Sequence record: SRR20825019_624
Reading direction: 5' to 3' (one strand)
DNA length: 64,000 nucleotides
Below are positions 45,859 through 53,820 of this stretch, piece after piece. Position 1 is the first letter of the stretch, and each line of letters starts with the position of its first letter. The translations under genes and the position numbers were made by a program. The notes beneath the pieces were generated by a model. It searched no databases. It was not told where the DNA came from and worked only from the letters and a program-made list of their open reading frames with translations.

Positions 45859-45887
45859 GAAAAAGGGGAGTCGGACTCCCCTTTTTC
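45859..45887 (+). terminator. Intrinsic terminator/attenuator between the receptor gene and sapC
   Basis: GAAAAAGGGGAGT-CGG-ACTCCCCTTTTTC. Confidence 0.8.
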
Positions 45888-45942
45888 ACCAACTCACTAT
45901 AGGGTCTGCTGATCAACCTAATTTATTGTATGGGAGCACCGA

Positions 45943-46644
45943 GTGACGCGCGTCGTACCACTGCATCAAGATCAGCACGCCAACCTAAAAGTTAAGGATG
46001 TGACTGACTTCAGCATCATCCAGAACGAACATATCATCCCCCTTGTTGTGCACGAATTTGTTGGCGCCAGCACGGATATGCCCATCGTCTTTGTGAAAGA
46101 CGCGAACACAGGGCATTTTCAGGTTGTCGCCATGCTGGGCCTCAAGCCAAAAGAAAACCTGCTGCTGCAGGACGGAAAATGGCAGTCGGTTTATGTGCCA
46201 TCCATTATCAGGCACGCACCATTCCGTCTCATTCCAAATGCCGATAATCATGAACAGCTGATGCTGGGCATCGACGAAGACAGTGTGCTGTGTGGCGAAG
46301 GTGTGGCGCTTTATAATGATGATAAGTCGGAAAGCGACTATCTCGTCAAGCGCAAGGAAGGGGTGATCGACTTCTTTGAGAAAAGCCAGGTGACCGGTGG
46401 CTTTATCGCCATTGTCCGTCAATTGGACCTTCTGGTTGAACGCACTGTGGGCGTGACCATTGAAGAGAGCCGGGTGAACCTGAACGGCCTTTATGTCATT
46501 GACGAAGACAAGCTGAACGCACTTCCCGATGACAAGTTTATGGACCTCAAAAAACGCGGCTTTTTGCCTGCTATCTATGCGCACATGATCTCGGTTAACC
46601 AGATCGGGCGCTTGGCCAAAATCAAAACAGAACTACAAAGCTAG
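45943..46644 (+). CDS. SapC-like family protein (PF07277)
   Basis: PL...QH..LK, IPLVVHEF, MPIVFVK, VAMLGL...ENL, W...YVPS.IR..PF, L.GLYVIDEDKL..L.D, L.AIYAHM.S..Q...L. Confidence 0.85.
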   Translation: MTRVVPLHQDQHANLKVKDVTDFSIIQNEHIIPLVVHEFVGASTDMPIVFVKDANTGHFQVVAMLGLKPKENLLLQDGKWQSVYVPSIIRHAPFRLIPNADNHEQLMLGIDEDSVLCGEGVALYNDDKSESDYLVKRKEGVIDFFEKSQVTGGFIAIVRQLDLLVERTVGVTIEESRVNLNGLYVIDEDKLNALPDDKFMDLKKRGFLPAIYAHMISVNQIGRLAKIKTELQS

Positions 46645-46665
46645 GGAATTTCGGGCAGGACGTGC

Positions 46666-48249
46666 ATGAAGAAAGAGGAGGCAAAAGAGCGTCGCATCAA
46701 AGAGGTGCTGATCGTTGGTGGTGGAACCGCCGGTTGGCTTTCTGCATGTCATCTTGCCCGTAGCCTCAAAAGCAATAGCCCTGACGGGGTTAAAGTTACC
46801 CTTATCGAGTCCGCCAATATTCCCACCATCGGTGTGGGGGAAGGTACCGTGCCTGCTATTCGGCAGACGCTGGCGCACCTTGGTATTCGCGAGACGGATT
46901 TTATCCGCGAGTGCGACGTCACCTTCAAGCAAAGCATCAAATTTGTTGACTGGATCGATGACCCGGCCAGCAAAGACAGCAATGCCTACCACCATGTGTT
47001 TGACTATCCCGAGCGACAGATGGTTGACCCCACGCCCTATTGGCTGATGGGGCAGGCGGGTAATGCTTCATTTGTGGACGCGGTATCCGTGCAGGGAAAA
47101 ATCTGTGAAGCGGGGTTAGGTCCTAAACAGATGGTGCATGCGGAATATGATGGTCTTGTTAATTACGCCTATCATCTGGACGCTGCAAAGTTCGCAGCCT
47201 TCCTGACCAAACATGCGACTGAAAAGCTCGGTGTTCACCACATTCTCTCGAATGTTACGGATGTGAAACTATCTGAGGACGGTGATATCCGCGCCGTTCA
47301 AACCGACGATGCCGGTGAGCTGAGTGCCGACCTTTTTGTTGACTGTACGGGGTTTGCCGCTCTGTTGATTGAGCAGAAGCTGGGTGTTGGTTTCATCCCC
47401 AAGGATGACATCCTTTTTGTGGATACCGCGCTCGCGGTCCAGGTGCCCTATACCGCTAAGGATGCACCGATCCCGAGCTATACAATTGCAACAGCCAGGG
47501 AAGCAGGCTGGATATGGGATATTGGTCTCTCTGCGCGGCGCGGCACCGGGTATGTGTATAGCGCCAAGCACACCAGCGATGAACGCGCCGAAGAAGTGCT
47601 GCGTGAGTATCTGCGCGCCACGGTGGGTGACATGGCGGATGAAGTTAGCTGTCGCCGTATCCCGATGCGGATCGGCTACCGGGAAAAATATTGGGTCAAA
47701 AACTGTGTTGCCATAGGCCTGTCGCAGGGGTTTGTTGAGCCGCTTGAGGCCACGGGCATCCTTGTGTATGACGCCACGGCCCGCATGCTGGCAGAACAGT
47801 TCCCGCCAACACGCGGGGCAATGGATGTGATCGCAGACCGCTTCAATGGTCGTGTGCGCCAAGCCTGGGATAGGGTGATCGATTTCATCAAGCTGCACTA
47901 TTGCTTATCACGGCGGGACGATAGCGCCTTTTGGAGGGATAACCGGCGGGAAGAGACCATCCCAGAAAGTTTGCAGGAGAGCCTAGAGGTCTGGCGGCAC
48001 CAGCCACCCAGCCCGTATGATTTTTCGTCCAAGCTATCCGTCTTCAATTTGGAGAACTACCTCTATGTGCTTTACGGCATGGGGTTCGAGACCAGAATGG
48101 ACGCGATCAGCTACCGCTACCCGGACACGGATACAGCGGTGAGCATTTTCCGCCAGATGAATGCGACCGCCGAACAGGTTGTGCGCGAATTGCCGAAACA
48201 TCGGCTCCTTCTTGACCGTATCAAAGAATACGGCCTTAGCGAGATTTAG
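46666..48249 (+). CDS. Tryptophan-halogenase-like flavoprotein 1
   Basis: GGGTAGW, IGVGEGT, catalytic-Lys motif VTFKQSIKF, YAYHLDA, FVDCTGF, GWIWDIGL, GFVEPLEATG, FIKLHY. Confidence 0.9.
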   Translation: MKKEEAKERRIKEVLIVGGGTAGWLSACHLARSLKSNSPDGVKVTLIESANIPTIGVGEGTVPAIRQTLAHLGIRETDFIRECDVTFKQSIKFVDWIDDPASKDSNAYHHVFDYPERQMVDPTPYWLMGQAGNASFVDAVSVQGKICEAGLGPKQMVHAEYDGLVNYAYHLDAAKFAAFLTKHATEKLGVHHILSNVTDVKLSEDGDIRAVQTDDAGELSADLFVDCTGFAALLIEQKLGVGFIPKDDILFVDTALAVQVPYTAKDAPIPSYTIATAREAGWIWDIGLSARRGTGYVYSAKHTSDERAEEVLREYLRATVGDMADEVSCRRIPMRIGYREKYWVKNCVAIGLSQGFVEPLEATGILVYDATARMLAEQFPPTRGAMDVIADRFNGRVRQAWDRVIDFIKLHYCLSRRDDSAFWRDNRREETIPESLQESLEVWRHQPPSPYDFSSKLSVFNLENYLYVLYGMGFETRMDAISYRYPDTDTAVSIFRQMNATAEQVVRELPKHRLLLDRIKEYGLSEI

Positions 48250-48258
48250 GCGCGCGGC

Positions 48259-49773
48259 ATGCTTGAGAACAACATGAGATCAATGGTGATTGTGGGCGGT
48301 GGCTCTGCCGGTTGGATGACGGCGCTTTACCTCAATCGGCTGTTTAATCAGGACCAAAAGAACTTCGACATCACGGTGATTGAAAGCCCGGATATTGGCA
48401 TTATCGGCGTGGGCGAAGCCACCGTGCACAGCGTGCGCTTTTTCTTTGCAGCCATGGGGCTTGATGAGAGTGAGTTGTTGCGCGCCACAAACGGCACGCT
48501 CAAGACCGGCATCATGTTCCGCGACTGGATGAAGCCAATAGGCGGCAAAACACACGAATATTTTCACCCGTTTGAGCAGGTTCGTCTTGGCCGTGGGCTT
48601 GATATGTCCAGCGCCTGGATGGTGACAGGACGTGACGCGAAGGAGCGCTATGACGAGGGTGTGAGTTTAAGCGCCGCGCTCATAAAAGAAGGTCACGGGC
48701 CAAAGGGGCCAAACTCGGCCCCGTATCAGGGTGTGGTGCCTTACGGCTACCATATTGATGCAACGCTTTTGGCGCGCTTTCTGCGCGGCAAAGCGGTAGA
48801 GGCGGGCGTGCATCATGTTGAGGCCACTGTTACAGATGTGAGTGTTGAAAGCGAGAATATCGTGGCCGTGCATACGGGCGACACACAGTATCAGGGTGAT
48901 ATGTTTATCGACTGCACCGGCTTCCGTGGCCTGCTGATTGAGAAGCTCAAACCCGGTAATTGGAACTCATTTACGGACGCCCTGCCATGCAATAAGGCGG
49001 TCGCGATCCAACGTGATCTCGCAGATGGTGAGGTGCCCAACCCTTACACAGTTGCTACAGCACTTTCCAACGGGTGGTCGTGGCAGATCGACCTCACCAA
49101 CAGGCAGGGTACGGGCTATGTGTATGACGGCAACCGTATCTCAAGCGATGAAGCGGAAGCTGAGCTGAGGGCATTTCTTGGCCCACAATCCAATGTTTTG
49201 AAATGTACCCACCTCAATATGAAGGTAGGTTGCCGGGAAGAGTTCTGGATTGGCAACTGTATCGCCACCGGGCTCGCTGGCGGGTTTATCGAACCACTTG
49301 AATCCACTGGTCTGCACCTGATCAACTTGGCGGCGGGCCTGATGGGCACACACCTCCTGGCGCGGCAAACCAGCCAGGCGAACCGGGATAGTTTTAACCG
49401 GCTGATGCGCGGTTTTTATCAGGACCTGAAGCAGTTTATTGTGCTGCATTATTGCCTGAGCGACCGTGACGACAGCGACTTCTGGTGCGCGGCACAGGCA
49501 ACCGTGAAACATACACCGTGGCTTGAAAACCAGCTTGAGATCTGGAAACATAAAATCTGTGAGTTCCATGATCTGGCGGGCAGTTTTTCAACAACCTTCT
49601 CAGATGAGAATTACCGCTACATCCTTTACGGCATGCAGCATTACCCCGCGCTTACCTTCCAGATGGATGCGGGCGCGGCGGATAGTCTTTTTTCCCAAAT
49701 GAAGCTGATGAGGGAAAACGCACTGGCGGCGACAATGCCGCATGGCGCGTTCCTTGACAGGCTGAAAATGTAG
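48259..49773 (+). CDS. Tryptophan-halogenase-like flavoprotein 2
   Basis: GGGSAGW, IGVGEAT, GTLKTGIMF, YGYHIDA, FIDCTGF, GWSWQIDL, GFIEPLESTGL, FIVLHY. Confidence 0.9.
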   Translation: MLENNMRSMVIVGGGSAGWMTALYLNRLFNQDQKNFDITVIESPDIGIIGVGEATVHSVRFFFAAMGLDESELLRATNGTLKTGIMFRDWMKPIGGKTHEYFHPFEQVRLGRGLDMSSAWMVTGRDAKERYDEGVSLSAALIKEGHGPKGPNSAPYQGVVPYGYHIDATLLARFLRGKAVEAGVHHVEATVTDVSVESENIVAVHTGDTQYQGDMFIDCTGFRGLLIEKLKPGNWNSFTDALPCNKAVAIQRDLADGEVPNPYTVATALSNGWSWQIDLTNRQGTGYVYDGNRISSDEAEAELRAFLGPQSNVLKCTHLNMKVGCREEFWIGNCIATGLAGGFIEPLESTGLHLINLAAGLMGTHLLARQTSQANRDSFNRLMRGFYQDLKQFIVLHYCLSDRDDSDFWCAAQATVKHTPWLENQLEIWKHKICEFHDLAGSFSTTFSDENYRYILYGMQHYPALTFQMDAGAADSLFSQMKLMRENALAATMPHGAFLDRLKM

Positions 49774-49898
49774 GGAGTTTGAAGTTGGGCGCAGTCTTGT
49801 GTGCCCACCTGAGTTGGTAGTGGGCTTGCGGCACTCGACCTCCCGCCTATGGCTCGCTTTCCAGCCAATCAGTCGTTATCGGCTGATTATTGGGGAAC

Positions 49899-49933
49899 TG
49901 GGCGGTGTAGGACACTGCACCGCCCATTTTTTT
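49899..49933 (+). terminator. Rho-independent terminator after halogenase 2
   Basis: TGGGCGGTGTAG-GACA-CTGCACCGCCCA followed by T7. Confidence 0.82.
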
Positions 49934-50004
49934 GAGGTCGAGTTTGAGAGTTTTTCGGGTGCGGGCATTAGGCCTGGTGCCCGCCGTGTTCGGGGGATGA
50001 GATA

Positions 50005-52317
50005 ATGAACTGGAAGTTAGTTGGTTTTTCTGCGGTTGTAGCGGTTGCGGCCTATGTGGGGTTTTCCGCCAACCAACCCGCAGCGAGTGTTGGCGCGCTC
50101 AGTACGGCGATCATACCAAAACCTGCTGCACTGGATGCGCAGGACGGCGCTTACGTGCTTGAGGAAGGCACGACCATCAACGTGCCTGCGGGTCAACTTG
50201 AGCTGCTTCCCGTCGCGCAATACCTGAGCGACAAACTGCGCACCACAACAGGGCTTAACCTTGTGGTGGTTGAAGGCGACGAGGCGCTCGAAGGCATTCG
50301 CTTCACGCCTGCGAAAATGGATATGCCAAAGGAAGGTTACAGCCTTCATGTGGGTGCGCGCGGAGCCGATATTATCGCGGCGAGCCCTGAAGGTTTCTTC
50401 TACGGTGCGCTGTCGCTCTGGCAACTGGCACAAGCGGCAGGTGAGGGCGAGTTTGCCATGCCTTTTGTGAGCATAAGCGATGAACCGCGCATGGCGTGGC
50501 GGGGTGCGATGCTTGATGTTAGCCGTCACTTCCGCAGTGTTGATTTTGTCAAAGATTTCATCGACTGGATGGCCGTGCACAAGATGAATGTCTTTCATTG
50601 GCATTTGACCGATGATCAGGGTTGGCGCATCGAGGTCAAGAAATACCCCAAGCTGACAGACGTGGGCGCATGGCGTGTGCCAGCGGGCGCCGCCCCGATG
50701 GCAGACATCGACCCCGCAACTGGTGAGCCCAGGCTTTATGGTGGTTATTATACGCAGGATCAGGTGCGCGAAGTGGTGGCCTATGCGGCGGAACGTTTCA
50801 TCACGGTGATGCCGGAAATTGACCTGCCGGGTCACGCTTCCGCAGCGGTGGCAGCTTATCCGCAGTTTGGTACGGAACCTGTGGCGGCGGTATCGTCCGA
50901 CTGGGGCATCTATTACAGCACCTTCAATCTGGAGGATGAGACCATTGCCTTCCTTGAAGATGTGATGGATGAAACGCTCGCGCTGTTTCCAAGCAAGTTT
51001 GTCCATATTGGTGGCGACGAAGTTTCCACCAAACAGTGGAAAAATTCCGCCCGCATCAAGGAACGCATGGAAGATCTCGGTATTGAAGACGTGCACGAAA
51101 TCCAATCTTATTTCACACGTCACTTTGCCAATTATCTGGCAGAGCGTGGCCGCCGCCTGATCGGGTGGGATGAGATACTAGAAGGTGGCTCAATCGCCGA
51201 TTCTGCCATTATGTCATGGCGCGGCACCAAAGGCGGTGTTGAGGCAGCAAAGGCTGGTAGGCAAGTAGTGATGGCGCCAAGCCCGATCTATTATACCGAT
51301 TACCGCCAGAGCTATATGACCGATGAACCGCCCGGGCGTGAGCATGTGCAGACGCTCAAGGACATCTATGAGTTTGATCCGCTCGAGGGCTTGTCTGAGG
51401 AAGAAACCAAAGCCGTGCTTGGCGCACAGGTCACCGTGTTTACAGAGCATATGCGCACGGAAGCGCGGGTTGAACATATGGCGTTCCCGCGCATGCTGGC
51501 GCTGGCAGAGACCGTGTGGTCGCCTGAGCATACACATGACTATCAGGATTTCGCCAAACGGCTGATGCCACATATGGCGCGATTGAGGGCCCTGGGGCTT
51601 GAGCCCGCCGACAGCGCCTATGCGGTGCAATTTGATGCCAAGCCGGATACTGGCGGGCAAGTGCTGCTCGCGATGAAAACACAGTCCGGTAAGGGCGACA
51701 TTCGGTATACGCTGAGCGGTGAAGAGCCAAGCGCCACATCACCACTTTATGACGGGCCTATGACCCTGCCGATGGGTGAGACGGTGACCGCTGCGGCCTT
51801 CTATGGCGCTGAGAAACTTTCAAGACCGCGCATGAGTGTGCTGAGCGAGCGGGCTTTCCTGCGCCGCGAAGATGATGAGTTGAAGCTATGTTCCGCTGCC
51901 CTCGCTATCAAGCTGGACGACGATTACCCCAAGGAGGGCAAGCGCGCCAATTTCCTCGTCGATATTGTTGAACCTTGCTGGATTTATGAAAACCCGGATA
52001 TGGAAGGCGTGACAGGGCTTGAAGTGAGTGTTGGCAACCTGCCGTATAATTTCCAGATCGGTGATCTGATCAATTCGGTCAAGCTGGCAGAGCCGGAAAC
52101 CGATACGGGCGAGATTGTGGTTTACAAGGATGTCTGTGATGGGGAAGAGCTCGCGCGCTTGCCGCTCGCCCCTGCAACAGCAAGTTTTGGTGTTACCACG
52201 CTTGAGGGTGCGATCAAACCTGCGCCTGACGCAAAAGCGCTCTGTTTCCGGGTTGCGGCCAACCATTATGAGCCTCTGTGGGCCATTGACTGGGTGCAGC
52301 TCACTAAAGGCGAATAA
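50005..52317 (+). CDS. Beta-N-acetylhexosaminidase, GH20, exported
   Basis: WRGAMLDVSRHF, FHWHLTDDQGWR, PEIDLPGH, HIGGDEV (catalytic DE), IGWDEI, MAFPR; C-terminal Fn3/CHB-like YTL.G.EP motif. Confidence 0.95.
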   Translation: MNWKLVGFSAVVAVAAYVGFSANQPAASVGALSTAIIPKPAALDAQDGAYVLEEGTTINVPAGQLELLPVAQYLSDKLRTTTGLNLVVVEGDEALEGIRFTPAKMDMPKEGYSLHVGARGADIIAASPEGFFYGALSLWQLAQAAGEGEFAMPFVSISDEPRMAWRGAMLDVSRHFRSVDFVKDFIDWMAVHKMNVFHWHLTDDQGWRIEVKKYPKLTDVGAWRVPAGAAPMADIDPATGEPRLYGGYYTQDQVREVVAYAAERFITVMPEIDLPGHASAAVAAYPQFGTEPVAAVSSDWGIYYSTFNLEDETIAFLEDVMDETLALFPSKFVHIGGDEVSTKQWKNSARIKERMEDLGIEDVHEIQSYFTRHFANYLAERGRRLIGWDEILEGGSIADSAIMSWRGTKGGVEAAKAGRQVVMAPSPIYYTDYRQSYMTDEPPGREHVQTLKDIYEFDPLEGLSEEETKAVLGAQVTVFTEHMRTEARVEHMAFPRMLALAETVWSPEHTHDYQDFAKRLMPHMARLRALGLEPADSAYAVQFDAKPDTGGQVLLAMKTQSGKGDIRYTLSGEEPSATSPLYDGPMTLPMGETVTAAAFYGAEKLSRPRMSVLSERAFLRREDDELKLCSAALAIKLDDDYPKEGKRANFLVDIVEPCWIYENPDMEGVTGLEVSVGNLPYNFQIGDLINSVKLAEPETDTGEIVVYKDVCDGEELARLPLAPATASFGVTTLEGAIKPAPDAKALCFRVAANHYEPLWAIDWVQLTKGE

Positions 52318-52326
52318 GTCAAAAAC

Positions 52327-52354
52327 AAAGGGGTGGCATATGCCACCCCTTTTT
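52327..52354. terminator. Bidirectional terminator
   Basis: Perfect palindrome AAAGGGGTGGCATATGCCACCCCTTT with A/T tracts, between convergent genes. Confidence 0.85.
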
Positions 52355-52377
52355 GATTGCACTGTTGCGGTGTAATT

Positions 52378-52860
52378 TTAGGCCGCTTCCATCGCGGCGA
52401 TGTTCAGTTTTTTTGAACTCATCACCACTTGCATAACCCGGCTGGACCGTTCCGGGTCTCCGCCGATAAGTTCCGCGATATTGGCGGGCATGACCTGCCA
52501 TGACAGGCCGAACTTATCCTTGAGCCAGCCACACTCCACTTCCATGCCGCCATCTGCGGTCAAGGCATCCCAGAAATAGTCAATCTCCTCCTGATTTTCG
52601 CACATGACGCACAGGGAGATCGCTTCGCTAAACTTAAAATGGGGTCCGCCGTTCAGGCCCATGAACTGGTGCCCGTTCAGCTCGAATACGACGGTCATGA
52701 CCCTGCCGGGTGCCTGGCCGTGTTTGTCCTGCCCTGCCTCAGGGTAATAGGAGATGTTGGTGACTTTCGAATCTGCGAAGACCGAGGTATAAAACTTTGC
52801 CGCTTCCTCCGCCTGGCCATCGAACCAGAGGCACGGCATGATAGGGGCTTTGAGTTTCAT
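52378..52860 (-). CDS. VOC family protein (PhnB/3-demethylubiquinone-9 3-methyltransferase-like)
   Basis: PCLWFDGQAEEAA.FY, LNGGP.FKFSEAIS, QEEID..W..L, CGWLKDKFGLSWQ. Confidence 0.9.
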   Translation of the reverse strand: MKLKAPIMPCLWFDGQAEEAAKFYTSVFADSKVTNISYYPEAGQDKHGQAPGRVMTVVFELNGHQFMGLNGGPHFKFSEAISLCVMCENQEEIDYFWDALTADGGMEVECGWLKDKFGLSWQVMPANIAELIGGDPERSSRVMQVVMSSKKLNIAAMEAA

Positions 52861-52881
52861 GGCATTCCTCCTTAGGTGCTT

Positions 52882-53235
52882 TTAGGCTTCGAGAACAGCT
52901 TCAAACCCACCAAAGATCATGCGTTGGCCGTCAAATGGCATGTTTGATGGGTCCATGTCCATGCGTGGGTCTTCCATGGCTTTTTTCATGCCACTGTCGC
53001 GCGTCGCGCGGTCCGGCCAAGTGATCCAGGAAAAGACAACGCTCTCGCCTTCTTCAAGTTTTACCGCCATCGGGAAGGAAGTAACCTTGCCTTCCGGTAC
53101 ATCGTCCGCCCAGGTTTCAACCACGCTTAGCGCACCATGCTCCTTGAAAATCACAGCGGCAGATTCTGCCAGCGCTTGATAGTCCGCTTTCTTGGCGTTC
53201 GCTACAGCGAGCAGATAACCATCCACATATGTCAT
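52882..53235 (-). CDS. DUF1428 (YbaA-like) protein
   Basis: MTYVDGY, E.W.DDVP.GKVTSFPMAV, VVFSWI.WP, MPFDG.RMIFGGF. Confidence 0.92.
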   Translation of the reverse strand: MTYVDGYLLAVANAKKADYQALAESAAVIFKEHGALSVVETWADDVPEGKVTSFPMAVKLEEGESVVFSWITWPDRATRDSGMKKAMEDPRMDMDPSNMPFDGQRMIFGGFEAVLEA

Positions 53236-53259
53236 GTCGTAACTCCGTTTTTCTATAAT

Positions 53260-53300
53260 TAGGTTGATATCAACATATAATTATCAGGCAGTAGAGTCAA
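53260..53300 (-). promoter_or_regulatory. Sigma70-type promoter (TTGACT-N17-TATGTT) with overlapping palindromic operator GTTGATATCAAC
   Basis: Minus-strand -35 at 53300-53295 and -10 at 53277-53272; 12-bp perfect palindrome at 53263-53274. Confidence 0.6.
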
Positions 53301-53392
53301 CCCGTGGCAATGGGAGGTGGCTGGGAGGGTAATTTCCTTTGTGCTTTGCGGTGCGGCGCTTTATACCGGCGTCAAACATCAAAGGAATAACC

Positions 53393-53734
53393 ATGAGCGA
53401 ATTGCCGCCCTGCCCAAAATGCAACAGCCCGTATGTGTATGAAGACGGCGCGCTGCTCATATGCCCTGAATGCGCGCATGAATGGACACCGGGCGCTGAA
53501 GGCGTACAAGATGATGACACGCTGGTGGTTAAGGATTCTGTTGGTAATATCTTGAGCGACGGCGACGATGTCACCGTAATCAAGGACCTCAAGGTCAAGG
53601 GCTCGTCCAGCATTGTCAAGGTTGGCACCAAGGTGAAGGGCATCCGCCTTGTAGGCGGTGACCATGATATCGACTGCAAGATGCCCGGTATTGGCCAGAT
53701 GGGGCTGAAGTCCGAGTTCGTGAAAAAGAGCTAG
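53393..53734 (+). CDS. yjdM: Zinc-ribbon protein YjdM/PhnA family
   Basis: [56 protein letters not shown]. Confidence 0.92.
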   Translation: MSELPPCPKCNSPYVYEDGALLICPECAHEWTPGAEGVQDDDTLVVKDSVGNILSDGDDVTVIKDLKVKGSSSIVKVGTKVKGIRLVGGDHDIDCKMPGIGQMGLKSEFVKKS

Positions 53735-53753
53735 GCTCGAGGGACGGTAAATG

Positions 53754-53783
53754 AAAAGGCCGCGGATTTCTCCGCGGCCTTTT
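53754..53783. terminator. Bidirectional terminator
   Basis: AAAAGGCCGCGGA-TTTC-TCCGCGGCCTTTT. Confidence 0.85.
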
Positions 53784-53820
53784 GGCTTGAAAGTCTGGGG
53801 GTTCTCAAGCGTTGTAATCT

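Noticed and set aside
46666-49773. Pyrrolnitrin, rebeccamycin or other halogenated natural-product cluster
   Set aside because: No prnBCD, NRPS/PKS, precursor peptide, tailoring enzymes or flavin reductase nearby; the context is sugar uptake.
52378-53734. Phosphonate utilisation (phnA/phnB names)
   Set aside because: YjdM/PhnA and PhnB-like VOC proteins are not part of the C-P lyase machinery, and no phnC-P genes are present.
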